A stretch of 64,000 nt of DNA from the NCBI GenBank assembly GCA_973895155.1, contig OZ316896.1:10489525-10553524 (forward strand), in the 5' to 3' direction. How positions within the stretch are numbered: position 1 is the stretch's first letter; each line of letters begins with the position of its first letter. The position numbers and the translations under genes are program-made. Source of the DNA: Marsupella aquatica. Taxonomy: Eukaryota; Plantae; Marchantiophyta. Below the pieces are notes generated by a model. The model made no database searches. It saw only the letters and a list, made by a program, of their open reading frames with translations, and had not been told where the DNA came from. Below, piece after piece: positions 62,720 to 64,000 of this stretch.

Positions 62720-64000
62720 TTTTATCCGTCAATCTGAAAGATTGGAGACCACTAACAATGCTCAACACGGTCTACAAACTGATTGCCAAATTCTAGCTCT
62801 GCGTCTCAAGCCATTCCTGCAGAAGCTCACAGCCCACAGCAAACGGGATTTATTCCAGGCAGACACATACTAGAAATATCTCCATTGTGTGGCTGACTGT
62901 GGATTGGGTCACTCATCAGAAACAGGAGTCGCTATTTCTACAATTAGATTCGAGAAAGCCTTCGACCGGGTCTCTCATTCGTACATTTGGGAGACCATGC
63001 ACATCCTAGGCTTGGGACCCCACTTCATTAGTCTTGTCAGATCACTCATCAGCAACGCTAGCTCTCAAATACATATAAATGGGCTCTTTTCTAAGGATAT
63101 TCTGATGAGGAGAGGCGTCCGTCAGGGCTGCCCGCTCTCTCCTTTGCTCTTTGTTATTACTACTCAGCCACTGATGGATCATCTCGACACTGCAATTTTG
63201 AATGGGAAATTTAAGGGAGTACAGATATTAGATACTTTAATAATCAGCTATAGGCTTTTTGCAGATGACATGGGCCTGTTCATACAAGCTTCCGAGGAGG
63301 ACTTCAAAGGTGCCACGGAAGCAATTGCGTGCTACAAACTGGCCTCAGGAGCTAGGCTGAACCTCCTCAAGTCTACTGTTATCCCTTTGGCCTTGAAGAA
63401 CACTCCAGTGTGGCTAGCCAACACGGGATGCAAGATCAGCAAGTGTGGAGAGGTACAAAGGTATCTTGGAGCGCCAATGGGGTGGGGTTTGAACGATGCA
63501 CAACTGCACACCTTCTGCTTAGACAAGATTGATAACAGACTTTCTACCTGGGCAAATAGGTTCCTCTCATTTACCGGCCAGACAATTCTTGTAAAACGTG
63601 TATTGCAGGCTATTCCTATCTACCACATGATGTTTTTGCATTCTTTGAACAGCCTGGCCATCAAATTAATAGCACTTTGCAGGTCTGTCTCTGGGGTTAT
63701 AATGCTAATGGTGGACAAAAGATCCCTCTCGTTGCCTGGAAAATGCTCTCCAGGCCCAAGCTCGATGGTGGGCTTGGTCTGAAAAACTTCAGAGCCCATT
63801 CTGATGCCTTACTATGTCAATGGTTCAATAGGGCTTTAGACCGGCAATCCTTTGACTAGGATAGATTGTTTGCTGCTAATCTCTTTTGGCAAAATGGCGT
63901 AATGCTAAAACCATCCGGCGGAACAAGTATTCTTTCACAGATAGGCTTCTGTTCTGCTACCCACGTGCCTTTAGTGGACTGAGCTACACTGGAAGCCTAT
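62720..64000 (+). mobile_element. L1-clade LINE reverse transcriptase fragment (frameshifted), running off the window; same family as 8222-10150
   Basis: Motifs: RPLTMLNTVYKLIAK, FEKAFDRVS, GVRQGCPLSPLLF, LFADD, YLGAPM, LSFTGQTILVKRVLQAIP and PKLDGGLG. Confidence 0.92.

Overview
This is eukaryotic, intron-rich DNA from a land plant. A non-seed lineage such as a bryophyte is my inference from gene and transposon content; the species cannot be determined. I hand-assembled six protein-coding genes with GT-AG junctions in consistent phase: (1) the 5' part of PSA2, a DnaJ-type zinc-finger photosystem I assembly factor (- strand, runs off the window); (2) a 7-exon TPR+SET-domain methyltransferase (+); (3) TOC34, the chloroplast import GTPase, with a long acidic C-terminal tail (+); (4) an intronless ~121-aa membrane protein (-); (5) a 12-exon Y-family DNA polymerase eta that resembles fungal Rad30/Eso1 more than angiosperm POLH (-); (6) a 7-exon tyrosine/nicotianamine aminotransferase (-). 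Mobile DNA includes two L1-type LINE fragments (one with a 14-bp target-site duplication), a 5'-truncated non-LTR element with a restriction-like endonuclease (CRE/R2-like), three tRNA-derived SINEs, a MITE and several unclassified dispersed repeats. Unrelated tandem arrays sit near gene ends. I see no CRISPR array, rRNA or intact tRNA, and I cannot claim a clear new multi-gene system. The best leads are the atypical Pol eta, the RLE retrotransposon, the TOC34 acidic tail and repeat-built promoter, and a uORF that arose by duplication of the PSA2 start region.
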